Shown piece by piece: positions 37,998-46,745 of a stretch of 64,000 nucleotides of DNA. The DNA comes from Candidatus Dormiibacterota bacterium (GTDB lineage: Bacteria; Acidobacteriota; Terriglobia; Acidiferrales; UBA7541), in the NCBI GenBank assembly GCA_035577625.1, contig DATLVG010000139.1, forward strand, positions 16,114 through 80,113. Direction: 5' to 3'. The position numbers were made by a program, and so were the translations under genes. The stretch's first letter is position 1. Every line of letters begins with the position of its first letter. The notes under the pieces are model-generated. The model was given only the letters and a program-made list of their open reading frames with translations, did no database searches and was not told the DNA's origin.

Positions 37998-38675
37998 CTA
38001 GGGTTGGGGCATGGCGCGGCGCTGGAAGGTCAAGAGGATGAGGTCGGCGCGGCGGCGGACTCCAAATTTGTTGAGCAAATTGGAAACGTGGAATTTCACA
38101 GTGCGTTCGGCGATGTTCAGTTTGCTGGCGATTTCCTTGTTGGAAAGATTTTCGAGGAGCGAATCGAGAACTTCCTGTTCGCGGCGGCTGAGATTGGCAA
38201 CGGAATCGGACTTCAAGCGGCGAGACTGATTCGTAAGAATGGAATCAACGAAACCGGAAAGCACGGAGCGCGGCACCCAGAAACCGCCATTGGCGACAAG
38301 CGGCAGGGCGCGGATAAGCTGTTCGCGCGCTTCTTCGTAGGTAAGGATTCCCTTCACACCAAGGCGCAAGAGCGAAAAGCTGTTGGCATCCTGATGCTGA
38401 TCGCCGACGACGATGAGGCGTGCGTCAGTGAAACGCTCGATCAGATTCGATAGGAGAGCGCCGGTAGCTTGGCGCGCGGCGTGCGCATCCACGATATAAA
38501 CCTGTGCTTTGGGCGGTTCGAGGTTGCGAAGGTCGGGAGCGAGCGTTGATTCGAGCTGCTTGGAGATGACCTTGAATTGGGGTTTGTTTAAAAGGCGTTC
38601 GAACTCGCTCAGCACGAGGGGATGCGGAGAGAGCAGGCAGACGGTCAGCTTCGAGTTGGTACGTTTGGTGGCCAC
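37998..38675 (-). CDS. LuxR/NarL-family regulator with atypical receiver domain
   Basis: C-terminal LSRREQEVL..SNKEIA..TVKFHVSN HTH; N-terminal REC-like domain; start uncertain. Confidence 0.85.
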   Translation of the reverse strand: MATKRTNSKLTVCLLSPHPLVLSEFERLLNKPQFKVISKQLESTLAPDLRNLEPPKAQVYIVDAHAARQATGALLSNLIERFTDARLIVVGDQHQDANSFSLLRLGVKGILTYEEAREQLIRALPLVANGGFWVPRSVLSGFVDSILTNQSRRLKSDSVANLSRREQEVLDSLLENLSNKEIASKLNIAERTVKFHVSNLLNKFGVRRRADLILLTFQRRAMPQP

Positions 38676-38907
38676 TGTACGACAGGGTAAGTAAAACCTG
38701 GCCCTGGCACAAGGGAGTCGAGGGGGTGTGTTCACGAATTGTTACTGACGGTTAGGGTGTATTCCACAAGGGGTAGGGGACGCAAGTTGGGTCGATTCTT
38801 CGCGAAAACCCGCGTAAAATAGAGGGATACCTGCGAAGGCTCCTACCCGAGGTTGTGGAGGGGACCGGCAGCGGGCGCTGCAAGGAGTCGTCACCAACTT
38901 CCCATCC

Positions 38908-41900
38908 ATGAGAAATCTAGCGGAATCACAAAAAGCTCTAAGGGAGCTGCTGGGGCAGCGTGTACTCGTGCTGGATGGCGCGATGGGGACGATGCTGCAA
39001 CAGCGGAACTTGACGGCTGCGGATTTTGGCGGACCGGCACTGGAAGGGTGTAACGAAGTGCTGGTGCGGACGCGGCCGGACGTGGTGCTGGATATTCACC
39101 GGAGATATTTTGAGGCGGGCGCGGACATTGTTGAGACGAATACGTTCGGGAGCACGCCGCTGGTGCTGGCCGAGTATGGGCTGGCGGACGAAGCGTACGA
39201 GCTGAGCAAGCGTGCGGCGGAATTGGCGCGCCAGGCGGGAGACGAATTCACCAAATCGGGGCGGCCGAGATTTGTAGGCGGTTCGATGGGGCCAACCACG
39301 AAGGCGATCACGGTGACCGGCGGCGTGACGTTTTCGGAGTTGCGCGAGTCGTATTACATCCAGGCAAAGGGATTGATCGACGGTGGGTCCGATTTGTTGC
39401 TGGTGGAGACGAGCCAGGACACACGGAACATCAAAGCGGCTCTCCTGGCGGTTAAGAAACTTGCGAAAGAAATTGGCGCGGAGATTCCAACGATTGTTTC
39501 GGTGACGATTGAGCCGATGGGTTCGATGTTGGCGGGACAAAACGTGGAGGCGGTGTGGGCGTCGTTGCGACATGCAAAGCCGCTGGCGTTTGGGATGAAT
39601 TGCGCGACGGGGCCGGAGTTCATGACGGACCACATTCGAACGTTGAGCGCGTCGACGGGGGAGTTTGTTTCGTGCTACCCGAATGCGGGCCTGCCGGACG
39701 AAGAAGGAAAGTATCTGGAGACGCCGGAGTCGCTGGCGGCGCAGCTGGAGAAATTTGTCGACCACGGGTGGTTGAATCTAGTGGGCGGATGCTGCGGGAC
39801 CACGGAAAAGCACATTCGGGCGATCGCACAGATGGTGGAGGGCAAGAAACCGCGCGTGCGGCCGGCGGAGGCGCACCGAGCGATTTATTCTGGCGTGGAG
39901 ACGATTGAAGCGGAAGAGAGCACGCGGCCGCTGCTCGTGGGCGAACGGACGAACGTGATCGGGTCGCGGCTGTTCAAGAATTTGGTCGCGAAAGAAAAAT
40001 GGGACGAGGCGACGGATATTGCGCGACGGCAAGTGAAAGGCGGCGCGCAGGTGGTGGATGTTTGTTTGCAGAGCACGGAGCGCGAAGAGAAAAAGGATAT
40101 TCCGGAGTTTTACGAAAAGCTGATTCGGAAGATCAAAGCGCCGGTGATGATTGATACGACCGATCCGTCGGCGATTGAGATGGCGCTGACGTATTGCCAG
40201 GGCAAGTCGATCATCAATTCGATCAACCTGGAGGATGGCGAGGAGAAGTTCGAGAAAGTTGTGCCGATTGCGCACGACTATGGCGCGGCGCTGGTGGTGG
40301 GATGCATTGATGAAGATCCAGTACAGGCGCAGGCGTTTACACGGGAAAGAAAGCTGGCGATTGCACAGCGGTCGTATGAGCTGCTGACGAAAAAATACGA
40401 TATTGCCCCGGAAGATATCGTTTTTGACCCATTGGTGTTCCCGTGCGCGACAGGCGATGAGAATTACATTGGCGGCGCAGTGGAGACGATGGAAGGGATC
40501 CGCGTAATTAAGAAGGCATTGCCGGATACGCGGACGATTCTGGGAATTTCGAATGTGTCGTTTGGATTGCCGGCGGGCGCGCGGGAAGTGGTGAATTCGG
40601 TATTTCTGTATTACTGCACAAAAGCCGGGCTGGATCTGGCGATTGTGAATACGGAAAAGCTGGAACGGTTTGCTTCGATTCCGGATCATGAGCGGGAATT
40701 GGCGGAAAATCTGCTGTTCCAGCATCCACCGAAGAATATCCCTGAAGGGCATCCGCGAACGAGGCTGCTGCGGAATGTGCCGGCGGATTGGCGCGAGCAG
40801 AGTAAGGAGCAGCGCGCGGCGATCAATCAGTTTCACATTGCGGCGATTACCGAACACTTCCGGACGGCAACGAAGAAGGAAAAAATTCGCGCCGAGGATT
40901 TGCCGCTCGACGATAGGCTGGCGAACTACATCATTCAGGGCACGCGTGACGGATTGGTGGAAGATTTGGAGAAGAAGCGCGCGGAGGGGACTGCGCCGCT
41001 GGACATCATCAACGGGCCGCTGATGGCCGGAATGTCCGAGGTTGGGCGGCTGTTCAATTCGAATGAATTGATTGTGGCGGAAGTGCTGCAGTCGGCGGAA
41101 GCGATGAAAGCGGCCGTAAGCCATCTGGAACAATTCATGGAAAAGGCGGACACGGCAAAGCGCGGGAAGATCGTGCTGGCGACGGTGAAAGGCGATGTAC
41201 ACGACATCGGGAAGAACCTCGTTGAAATTATTTTGAAGAACAACGGGTATGACGTGGTGAATCTGGGAATCAAAGTGCCGCCGGAAGAGCTGATCAAAGC
41301 GTTTCAGCAGCATAAGCCGGACGCGATTGGATTGTCCGGTTTGCTGGTGAAGAGTGCGCAGCAAATGGTAATTACGGCGAACGATTTGAAGGATGCAGGG
41401 ATCGAGATTCCATTATTGGTGGGCGGAGCCGCGCTGAGCGGCAAATTTACCCAGCAGAAAATTGCGCCGAGCTACGGAAATGCGGTGTGCTACGCGAAGG
41501 ACGCGATGACGGGGCTGCGGTTGATGAATGAACTGATGGACCCGGCGACGCGCGAGACGGTGGTGCGCCAGCACACGGCAACGGGCGAAGGCGTGACGGT
41601 GACGACGACGGTCACGGTGGCGGATCTGACCCCGGTGACGCGGTCGCCGAAAGTACGCGCGGATTTGCCGATTCGGCCAGTGGCGCATCTGGATCGGAAG
41701 GTGAGACTAGTCCCGGATTTGCGGGAGGTGTGGAGTTATATCAATCCGTTCATGCTTTTTGGGCGGCACCTTGGATTCCGCGGCGATTTTGAGAAACACC
41801 TGGCGGCGCGCGATGCGAAAGCGGTGGAACTGTTCGAAAGCATGGAAGAGGTGAAAGCGGACGCGGCGAAATGGATGAAGGTGAAAGCCGTGTGGCAGTT

Positions 41901-42468
41901 CTTTGAGGCGGAGGCGGCGGGAGAGGCGCTGCGCCTGTTTGCTCCGGGCGCAAAAGAGCCATTGCACACATGGAATTTCAAGCGACAGAAAATCGGCGAC
42001 CGGCTTTGCTTGAGCGACTACATTCTGCCAGCCAAGGATGGAAAACGGGACCACGTGGCAGTGTTTGTTGTGACGGCCGGCGAAGGTGTGCGTGAACGGG
42101 CGGAAGCTGCGAAGGGCACGGGTTATTACTTCCTTTCGCACGGGCTTCAATCTTTGGCCATTGAGACAGCGGAAGCGTGCGCGGAGTGGCTGCACCGGCG
42201 AATTCGCGAAGACTGGGGATTCCCGGACGCAGTGGAAATGACGATGGCACAAAGGTTTACGTCGCGCTACCGGGGCAAGCGGTATAGCTTCGGTTATCCG
42301 GCGTGTCCGGACCTCGAGGACCAGGCCGGGCTCTGGAAATTGTTGAAGCCGGAAGATATCGGCGTGCAACTGACGGAAGGGTTCATGATGGATCCGGAAG
42401 CGAGCGTGAGTGCGCTTGCGTTTCAGCATCCCGACTGCACTTACTTTAGTGTGGGAGACGACGCGTAG
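38908..42468 (+). CDS. metH: Cobalamin-dependent methionine synthase
   Basis: DGAMGT, GGCCGT, GERTN, GDVHDIGKN, SGLL, RYSFGYPACP. Confidence 0.97.
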   Translation: MRNLAESQKALRELLGQRVLVLDGAMGTMLQQRNLTAADFGGPALEGCNEVLVRTRPDVVLDIHRRYFEAGADIVETNTFGSTPLVLAEYGLADEAYELSKRAAELARQAGDEFTKSGRPRFVGGSMGPTTKAITVTGGVTFSELRESYYIQAKGLIDGGSDLLLVETSQDTRNIKAALLAVKKLAKEIGAEIPTIVSVTIEPMGSMLAGQNVEAVWASLRHAKPLAFGMNCATGPEFMTDHIRTLSASTGEFVSCYPNAGLPDEEGKYLETPESLAAQLEKFVDHGWLNLVGGCCGTTEKHIRAIAQMVEGKKPRVRPAEAHRAIYSGVETIEAEESTRPLLVGERTNVIGSRLFKNLVAKEKWDEATDIARRQVKGGAQVVDVCLQSTEREEKKDIPEFYEKLIRKIKAPVMIDTTDPSAIEMALTYCQGKSIINSINLEDGEEKFEKVVPIAHDYGAALVVGCIDEDPVQAQAFTRERKLAIAQRSYELLTKKYDIAPEDIVFDPLVFPCATGDENYIGGAVETMEGIRVIKKALPDTRTILGISNVSFGLPAGAREVVNSVFLYYCTKAGLDLAIVNTEKLERFASIPDHERELAENLLFQHPPKNIPEGHPRTRLLRNVPADWREQSKEQRAAINQFHIAAITEHFRTATKKEKIRAEDLPLDDRLANYIIQGTRDGLVEDLEKKRAEGTAPLDIINGPLMAGMSEVGRLFNSNELIVAEVLQSAEAMKAAVSHLEQFMEKADTAKRGKIVLATVKGDVHDIGKNLVEIILKNNGYDVVNLGIKVPPEELIKAFQQHKPDAIGLSGLLVKSAQQMVITANDLKDAGIEIPLLVGGAALSGKFTQQKIAPSYGNAVCYAKDAMTGLRLMNELMDPATRETVVRQHTATGEGVTVTTTVTVADLTPVTRSPKVRADLPIRPVAHLDRKVRLVPDLREVWSYINPFMLFGRHLGFRGDFEKHLAARDAKAVELFESMEEVKADAAKWMKVKAVWQFFEAEAAGEALRLFAPGAKEPLHTWNFKRQKIGDRLCLSDYILPAKDGKRDHVAVFVVTAGEGVRERAEAAKGTGYYFLSHGLQSLAIETAEACAEWLHRRIREDWGFPDAVEMTMAQRFTSRYRGKRYSFGYPACPDLEDQAGLWKLLKPEDIGVQLTEGFMMDPEASVSALAFQHPDCTYFSVGDDA

Positions 42469-42576
42469 GGTTTTGCCCCGACGAGAATTGGGGAAAGATT
42501 GTGCCCAAAGGTGGCAGTCGAGGTTTGTTCAAAATCTTGCGGCGTTCGTAACTCAATACAAACAAAAGTCTTAGAA

Positions 42577-42592
42577 TGGATTGCGGCTTGCA
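42577..42592 (+). promoter_or_regulatory. Sigma54 promoter candidate for the exosortase operon
   Basis: TGGATTGCGGCTTGCA (GG-N10-GC, TTGCA at -12) after an AT-rich tract. Confidence 0.4.
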
Positions 42593-42726
42593 GGCTTCCC
42601 GACGGGAATGGGGTACGTGTGTGGGCACTGAGCAAAGACTGGCAAGTACCGACTTGACGCGTCAGAATAGATTGAGATCATGCTGTGCCCACCCAAAGAA
42701 TCCCAACGATTAGTGTGACGAGGGAA

Positions 42727-43599
42727 ATGGCTGCGACACAATCAGTCGGAAACTTGGCAGAGACCTCGCGACGGACGATTGTCACGCAAGGCATCGTGCT
42801 AGCAGTGTTGGTTGCGGTGCTCTATTGGAGCACCATTGGCGGACTGGTCAAGCAGTGGTGGACTGACTCGGACTATTCGCACGGATTCATCGTGGTGATT
42901 TTTGCAGGCTATCTGCTGTGGCGCAGCCGCGAACAGTGGAAGCAGACAGAAATTCGCCCGTCGGTCGCGGGGCTTCCGTGGATCGCGGTTGCGATGGCCA
43001 CTTTGACTCTCGGTACGTTCGGAGCAGAATTGTTCCTGGCGCGAGTTTCCTTTGTGCTGCTGCTCGGCGGATTGATTGTGTATTTCCTCGGCTGGAAAAT
43101 GTTGCGAGCTGTCGCGGCCCCCTGGGCTGTGCTGTTCCTGATGATTCCCCTCCCCGTCATCGTCTTCAACGAGATCGCGTTACCGCTGCAGTTTCTGGCG
43201 TCGAAGCTGGCGGGAAATACGCTGGACTTACTCGGCGTTCCCGCCCTGCGCGAAGGCAATGTGATCACGCTACCTTCTATTTCGCTGAACGTGGTGGAAG
43301 CGTGCAGCGGGATCCGGTCGTTGATGGCACTCATCACACTGGCGATTTTTTACGGCCTGCTGATGGAGAAAAGAGTCTGGGTGAGAACGCTTCTCGTAGT
43401 GCTGGCGGTTCCGCTCGCCGTGGGTATCAATTCCCTGCGCATCGTAGGATCTGGACTATTGGGACAGAATTTTGGCAAAGAGTACGCAGAGGGGTTTTTC
43501 CATGAGTTTTCGGGGCTCGTGGTGTTCGCGGCAACGCTCACGGCGCTGGTGCTGCTGCACGCATTGGCAAAGCTGGGTCTGAAGAAAAGAGCGGCATGA
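42727..43599 (+). CDS. Exosortase (EpsH family)
   Basis: DYSHG, LFLMIPLP, LPLQ, REGNVI, VEACSGIRS (Cys), NSLR (Arg), FFH (His). Confidence 0.92.
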   Translation: MAATQSVGNLAETSRRTIVTQGIVLAVLVAVLYWSTIGGLVKQWWTDSDYSHGFIVVIFAGYLLWRSREQWKQTEIRPSVAGLPWIAVAMATLTLGTFGAELFLARVSFVLLLGGLIVYFLGWKMLRAVAAPWAVLFLMIPLPVIVFNEIALPLQFLASKLAGNTLDLLGVPALREGNVITLPSISLNVVEACSGIRSLMALITLAIFYGLLMEKRVWVRTLLVVLAVPLAVGINSLRIVGSGLLGQNFGKEYAEGFFHEFSGLVVFAATLTALVLLHALAKLGLKKRAA

Positions 43600-44252
43600 T
43601 GGCGGGAAGGCAAAGTTGGGTGCGATTTATCGGCGTGGTGGTGCTAATGGGCGCAACGGCGTTGATAATGCTCGCCCGGAATCGGGCCGAAGTGGTGCCC
43701 GCCTATGAGGATCTGCAGAGTTTTCCGCAGATCGTTGCTGGACGCGTGTCGGTGGATATTCCGTTAAGCGCGGAAGTGCGGGAGTCGCTCGGGCCGGGTC
43801 AGTTTCTGATGCGGGAATACCGAGGAATGCCGAACGAAGCGCCAATGAATCTGTACATAGCGTTTTTCCCGAGCCAGCGTACGGGCGACACAATTCATTC
43901 GCCGCGCAATTGCCTGCCAGGAGCGGGTTGGGTTCCCACCGAGTCTGGGCGAATCATGATCCCAACGGGAACCGGAAAACCGATTGAAGCCAACCGATAC
44001 ATCGTGACGCAAGGGATGGACCAAATGCTGGTCCTATATTGGTATCAGTCCCATGGACGGGCTACCCCGAGCGAGTATTGGGCGAAATATTATCTGGTGA
44101 CAGACTCACTGCGCCTGAACCGCACGGATGGAGCGCTGGTGCGCGTCATCACAGCCATTGGCAAAAGCGAAAACGCCCAACAAGCGGAAGCGCGCGCCGT
44201 GAAATTTTCGGAAGCAATACTTCCGCGTCTGAACAAGTACATTCCAGATTGA
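43596..44252 (+). CDS. epsI: EpsI family protein
   Basis: LYIAFFPSQRTGDTIHSPRNCLPGAGW, YWYQSHGR, RTDGALVRV; ATGA overlap with the exosortase. Confidence 0.9.
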   Translation: MMAGRQSWVRFIGVVVLMGATALIMLARNRAEVVPAYEDLQSFPQIVAGRVSVDIPLSAEVRESLGPGQFLMREYRGMPNEAPMNLYIAFFPSQRTGDTIHSPRNCLPGAGWVPTESGRIMIPTGTGKPIEANRYIVTQGMDQMLVLYWYQSHGRATPSEYWAKYYLVTDSLRLNRTDGALVRVITAIGKSENAQQAEARAVKFSEAILPRLNKYIPD

Positions 44253-44286
44253 GTTTTAAGAGAGTGATCCGGAAAGAGGCAACGCG

Positions 44287-46566
44287 ATGAAGATTTACGC
44301 AAGGCACATTTTGCGCATGGCTTGCGGCGGCGCAATGGCGATCTTTTTCCTGATGAGCGGCGGCTGCTTCCGCGATCCGAACGTTCGGAAACAGGAATAC
44401 GTGAAGGCGGGCGACGATTACTTGTCGCAAAGACGGTACAAAGAGGCAAAGATTTATTACAGCAAGGCTATTCAAATTGATCCTCAGATGGCGAGCGCGC
44501 ACTACGGATTGGCAAAAAGCTCGATGCAATCCGGAGACATGAGGACGGCTTACCAGGAGTTTTTGCGAACGACAACAATCGATCCCACAAATTTGGACGC
44601 GCAAGTAACCATCGGAGAGATTCTTCTTGCGGGTGGAGCGACGCATGAAGCTCGAGAGAAAGCGGTGGATATCCTTAGCCAACACCCGGATAGCACGCGG
44701 GCACAACTGATCCTGGCAAACGCGGATGCGGCGCTTGGTGATCTAAACGCGGCAACACAGGAAGCTACCAAAGCAGTGGAGATGACGCCCGGCGAAGCCG
44801 TCACACACGTGAATCTGTCCGTGATGCAAGAGCGCGGCAAAGATTTAGCGGCCGCGGAAGCAAGTTTGATGAAGGCGGCCGAAGTGGACCCTAAGTCTTC
44901 AATGGTGCAGATCGCGCTGGGGAGCTTCTACCAGCGGCGGCAACGATTGGCGGACTCGGAAGCCGCGATGAAAAAGGCGATTGAGCTTGATCCGAAGAAC
45001 CCGCTTCCCCGCGGGCTGTTGGCATTGATTTTTGTGAAGGACAACCAGGCGGATCGAGCGGAAGAAGTCTTGCAAAAGGCCAAGAAGGACCTGGCAGACA
45101 ACCCGAACGGCTACCGAATGCTGGGCGAGTTCTACATAAGGCGAGGCAACTTGGAAAAAGGCGTTGACGAATTTGCGTCGCTACACAAGGAGCACAGCAA
45201 AGAAACCGGCGTGACGCTTACGTACGCAGAATTGCTGGCGACAGCAAAGCGCTACGACGAAGCGACGGCTTTGACAAATGAATTGATTAAGGCCGACGCA
45301 AGTAACGTGCAAGCGATTACGCTGCGGTCGAAAATCGAAACCGCGCAAGGAAAAACAAACGAAGCACTAGAGACGATGAAGATCGCGCTAAAGGCGGCAC
45401 CAAATGATCCACGCGTGCACTATGATCTGGGTGTGGCGTACCACAATGCGGGCAATGAGCCGCAAGCGAAAGTCGAATGGCAGAGCGCGTTGAAGATTCG
45501 GCCGCGTACGGCGGAGGCGTTGGAAGCTTTGGCAGGCGAAGCAGTGCGCGAGAATGACATCAAGAGCGTGCAATCGTACGCGGCGCAACTAACAGCGATC
45601 CGTCCGGACCTTCCGCAGGGCTATCTCTATGCCGGCACCGCGGCGGCCGGTCTGGGCGATCTGGCGGGAGCGGAGAAAAACTACCAAACGCTGGTGCAGG
45701 TCGCTCCTACGAACGCGATTGGTTACGCAAAATTGGGCGCGGTGCGAGTAGCGCAAAAGCGACTGGACGACGCAGCAAGACTTTTTGACGAAGGGCTAAA
45801 GATCGATCCGAAGTCTTACGACGCGCTTTCGGGGGCTGCGCTTGTGTTGCTGGCAAAAAAGCGGGTTCCGGAAGCGATCGCCAGAGTGCAAAGCGTTGTT
45901 GAGAGTTCACCAACCAGCGCGAACGCCACTCTGCTTGGGAAGTTGTACATAGAAAACAAGCAGGCCAACCTCGCCGAGGCCGCGCTGCAAAAGGCGCGGG
46001 AACTCGACGCGAAAAATGCAGATGCGACTTATCTTTTGTACCAGCTGAAGCTGGCGCGGGGAGCGAAAGATGAGGCGTACTCGCTGGTAGCGGAAGTGGT
46101 GAAGAACGGGACCACCGATCCGCGAATCTACACGGTGTACGGAATGGGGCTTGAGGCGCGGGGCGACTGGCAGAGTGCTGAGGCGGCGTATCAAAAGGCG
46201 CTGGGATTTCAGCCGAATGACGCAATGGCGGCAAACAATCTGGCTTATTTGTTGCTGGAACACGGCGGCGATGCGAATCTCGCGTTATCGCTAGCGCAGA
46301 CGGCGCGCCGAGGAATGCCGAAGGCTGGAGCGACCGCGGACACGCTTGCGTGGGCGAGTTATCACGTGGGAGCGTACGATACAGCACGCAAGTTGCTGGA
46401 AGAGGCGGCGGCGGAACAGCCGGGGAATGCAACTTATCAATACCATTTGGGCCTTACCTATCTGAAGATGAATGAAACGGCGCGAGGAAAAGCTGCTTTG
46501 CAAAAGGCGCTGACCATCGATCCGCAGGGACCTTACTCACAGCAAATTCGGGAACAATTGAGGTAA
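44287..46566 (+). CDS. TPR-repeat lipoprotein (PrsT-like)
   Basis: Lipobox-like SGGC, many TPR units, C-terminal AANNLAYLL..DTLAW..YHLG. Confidence 0.82.
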   Translation: MKIYARHILRMACGGAMAIFFLMSGGCFRDPNVRKQEYVKAGDDYLSQRRYKEAKIYYSKAIQIDPQMASAHYGLAKSSMQSGDMRTAYQEFLRTTTIDPTNLDAQVTIGEILLAGGATHEAREKAVDILSQHPDSTRAQLILANADAALGDLNAATQEATKAVEMTPGEAVTHVNLSVMQERGKDLAAAEASLMKAAEVDPKSSMVQIALGSFYQRRQRLADSEAAMKKAIELDPKNPLPRGLLALIFVKDNQADRAEEVLQKAKKDLADNPNGYRMLGEFYIRRGNLEKGVDEFASLHKEHSKETGVTLTYAELLATAKRYDEATALTNELIKADASNVQAITLRSKIETAQGKTNEALETMKIALKAAPNDPRVHYDLGVAYHNAGNEPQAKVEWQSALKIRPRTAEALEALAGEAVRENDIKSVQSYAAQLTAIRPDLPQGYLYAGTAAAGLGDLAGAEKNYQTLVQVAPTNAIGYAKLGAVRVAQKRLDDAARLFDEGLKIDPKSYDALSGAALVLLAKKRVPEAIARVQSVVESSPTSANATLLGKLYIENKQANLAEAALQKARELDAKNADATYLLYQLKLARGAKDEAYSLVAEVVKNGTTDPRIYTVYGMGLEARGDWQSAEAAYQKALGFQPNDAMAANNLAYLLLEHGGDANLALSLAQTARRGMPKAGATADTLAWASYHVGAYDTARKLLEEAAAEQPGNATYQYHLGLTYLKMNETARGKAALQKALTIDPQGPYSQQIREQLR

Positions 46567-46745
46567 CGGCGGACTAACCTAGGGGAATTTGCCCAGTGTG
46601 AGTACGCGGGACAACAGCGTCCAAGTTTGAAGCGTGAAGGAATTCAGCAGATAGAAACATCACTCTACAAACAATCCTAAACCATTGCAGCGTTCCCTCG
46701 CGGGGGCTAATCGCTGACACTCCGACTGGCAGCAAGGGGATGGTG

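Noticed and set aside
38850-38870. SAM-I riboswitch upstream of metH (GTGGAGGGGACCGGC)
   Set aside because: Lacks the ATC..GAG P1 start, the GCAACC and GTGC core and the closing GAT
39778-41364. 528-aa antisense ORF inside metH, and similar long shadow ORFs (12670..13683, 7107..8237, 17428..18525, 35784..36752)
   Set aside because: They overlap well-supported genes, show no motifs, and are expected from high-GC codon bias
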